Origin: an uncultured Bacilli bacterium
GTDB lineage: Bacteria; Bacillota_I; Bacilli_A; RF39; UBA660
Reading direction: 5' to 3'
Length of the DNA stretch: 48,612 bases
Assembly (NCBI GenBank): GCA_944358235.1
Contig: CALVQL010000001.1
Coordinates: forward strand, 1-48,612
Below are positions 47,429-48,612 of this stretch, one piece after another. The notes beneath the pieces were generated by a model. That model was not told the DNA's origin and did no database searches. It saw only the letters and a list, made by a program, of their open reading frames with translations. Both the position numbers and the translations under genes were made by a program. How positions within the stretch are numbered: the first letter of the stretch is position 1; every line of letters starts with the position of its first letter.

Positions 47429-48262
47429 TCATTCAATTTCTACGGAAAATTTTTTGATTAGATTAAAAATCTCAGAATTACTTAAAGTCACTATAACATG
47501 ATTTGCATCATAATATTCTTTTTTATTTATATTTTCTATAAAATCACTATATTTTACGGTCTTACCATCTTTTAACATGACATACCAACTTGATATGCCA
47601 TCTATTTGATTTAGAACAATATATGGAGCGATGGGAACTATGCTCGGAATATCACTACCAATAGCATAAATACCAACTAATTTATCAGCTACTTTATATA
47701 CTCTTGGCGTAGCATAATAAGCATCTATTGATTGGATATGATGAAGATATTCGGAGAATTTTTCTAAATCATTATTAAAATAAGACACTTCCTTTTCTCC
47801 AATTGAAATAGGATTATATATTCCAAAAATTTCAAATCTTTGATAGCTATTACTACTAATTTTTTCCTTTAGATCATTAAGTCCAGCAATACTGGCTTCT
47901 TCGTCATATTCGATAAACTTATCAGAATCATTTAAATCAACTAGTTCCTCTTCACGAAAATATTTTTTTAACTTTAGATTATTACAAATATTAGTGATTA
48001 CTTTATAAAACAATCTTATTTCAGACGATGACGTTGGAAGACTAAGCAGGAGAATAATATCATCATTTTCTATCGACACATCGATCCCACGGGCCAAGTT
48101 ATTTTTATCATATAATAAAGTATGTTTAGCAAATTCATTGTCAATTAAACGATAATTTTCATCGCAAACTCCATAAGATAAATTTGTCATCTTGACAATA
48201 TCTTCTATTTTCAATTTTTTCTTAAATCGAGATTTCTTTGTTATTCGTACATTTACAGACAT
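47429..48262 (-). CDS. hypothetical protein
   Basis: 277-aa soluble ORF, 2 nt downstream of the preceding gene. No motif recognised. Confidence 0.5.
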   Translation of the reverse strand: MSVNVRITKKSRFKKKLKIEDIVKMTNLSYGVCDENYRLIDNEFAKHTLLYDKNNLARGIDVSIENDDIILLLSLPTSSSEIRLFYKVITNICNNLKLKKYFREEELVDLNDSDKFIEYDEEASIAGLNDLKEKISSNSYQRFEIFGIYNPISIGEKEVSYFNNDLEKFSEYLHHIQSIDAYYATPRVYKVADKLVGIYAIGSDIPSIVPIAPYIVLNQIDGISSWYVMLKDGKTVKYSDFIENINKKEYYDANHVIVTLSNSEIFNLIKKFSVEIE

Positions 48263-48264
48263 AA

Positions 48265-48585
48265 TTAAATGGCCTCACTTTTCTTAAAAAAATCAGTATA
48301 ATAGATGACTTCTTTATTTAAACTCTTGGCAAATTCAATTTCATTTTTGGTACTAGTACCAATATAGTTATCGACGTTGACAACGAATATAGCATCCGAA
48401 AGTCTAATCTTCTCCTTGTGCATTTCTCCGAGAAGTTGGTACTCTTCAGCTGTATATTCCGATTCATCACGAGTTACTAAATCAATTGGCGCTAATACGC
48501 AATTACCCGCAAGTTCTAATTTTTCAGCGACTTCTTTAATCTCTTTTATGAATCGATAACTACCACAAATTGTTATTATTTTCAT
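48265..48585 (-). CDS. hypothetical small protein, possibly nucleoside 2-deoxyribosyltransferase-like fold
   Basis: 106 aa. The MKIITICGSYRF...SDAIFVVNVDNYIGTSTKNEIEFAKSLNKEVIYY pattern (beta-strand/Gly start, late GxSTxxEIxFA) resembles small Rossmann-like NDT-related proteins. Tentative. Confidence 0.4.
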   Translation of the reverse strand: MKIITICGSYRFIKEIKEVAEKLELAGNCVLAPIDLVTRDESEYTAEEYQLLGEMHKEKIRLSDAIFVVNVDNYIGTSTKNEIEFAKSLNKEVIYYTDFFKKSEAI

Positions 48586-48612
48586 CTCTTAGGTATAAAG
48601 CTCCTTTCATAT

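Noticed and set aside
1-48612. Search for CRISPR arrays, IS elements or transposases, integrases, and tRNA or rRNA genes
   Set aside because: I could see no regularly spaced direct repeats, no terminal inverted repeats flanking a transposase-like ORF, and no GC-rich structured-RNA-sized gaps other than the T-box leader. Long-range repeat detection by eye is limited, and a dot-plot would be needed to be sure.

Overview
AT-rich (about 30% GC by eye), densely packed chromosomal segment from a low-GC endospore-forming Firmicute (Bacillota); most genes lie on the minus strand. I found no rRNA, tRNA, CRISPR array, transposase or integrase. The left two thirds is a housekeeping and sporulation backbone. 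It carries tmcAL, T-box-controlled proS, rpsP-khpA and cotE, then the conserved rlmN-prpC-prkC-rsgA-rpe block. It continues with a gerA-type germinant receptor operon (A-C-B order), a spoIIAA-sigF-spoVAC-spoVAD-spoVAE locus, RNase J, a ZIP transporter and a MarR-controlled heterodimeric ABC exporter. The right third (about 27.6-48.6 kb) is accessory-like. It holds an HTH / M16 / M16 / degenerate PfkB-like cluster, guanine deaminase, an FkbM methyltransferase, a membrane-tethered XRE regulator and rarA. It also holds flavodoxin with an orphan trpF, a rubredoxin-CMD/cupin-GNAT operon (the rubredoxin is missing from the ORF track), lemA-DUF2207, decayed gene fragments, and several uncharacterised secreted or membrane proteins. 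The most unusual observation is that the sporulation sigma-F locus has no spoIIAB anti-sigma kinase gene between spoIIAA and sigF. Its SpoIIAA-like STAS protein also has no Ser/Thr at the canonical phosphorylation motif. I did not recognise an obvious complete novel defence or mobile system. The candidates for uncharacterised biology are the M16/PfkB-like cluster, the three-gene membrane cluster between ger and spoVA, and the secreted 531-aa protein with its membrane partner. All family assignments rest on motifs read by eye and recalled family knowledge; no searches were run.
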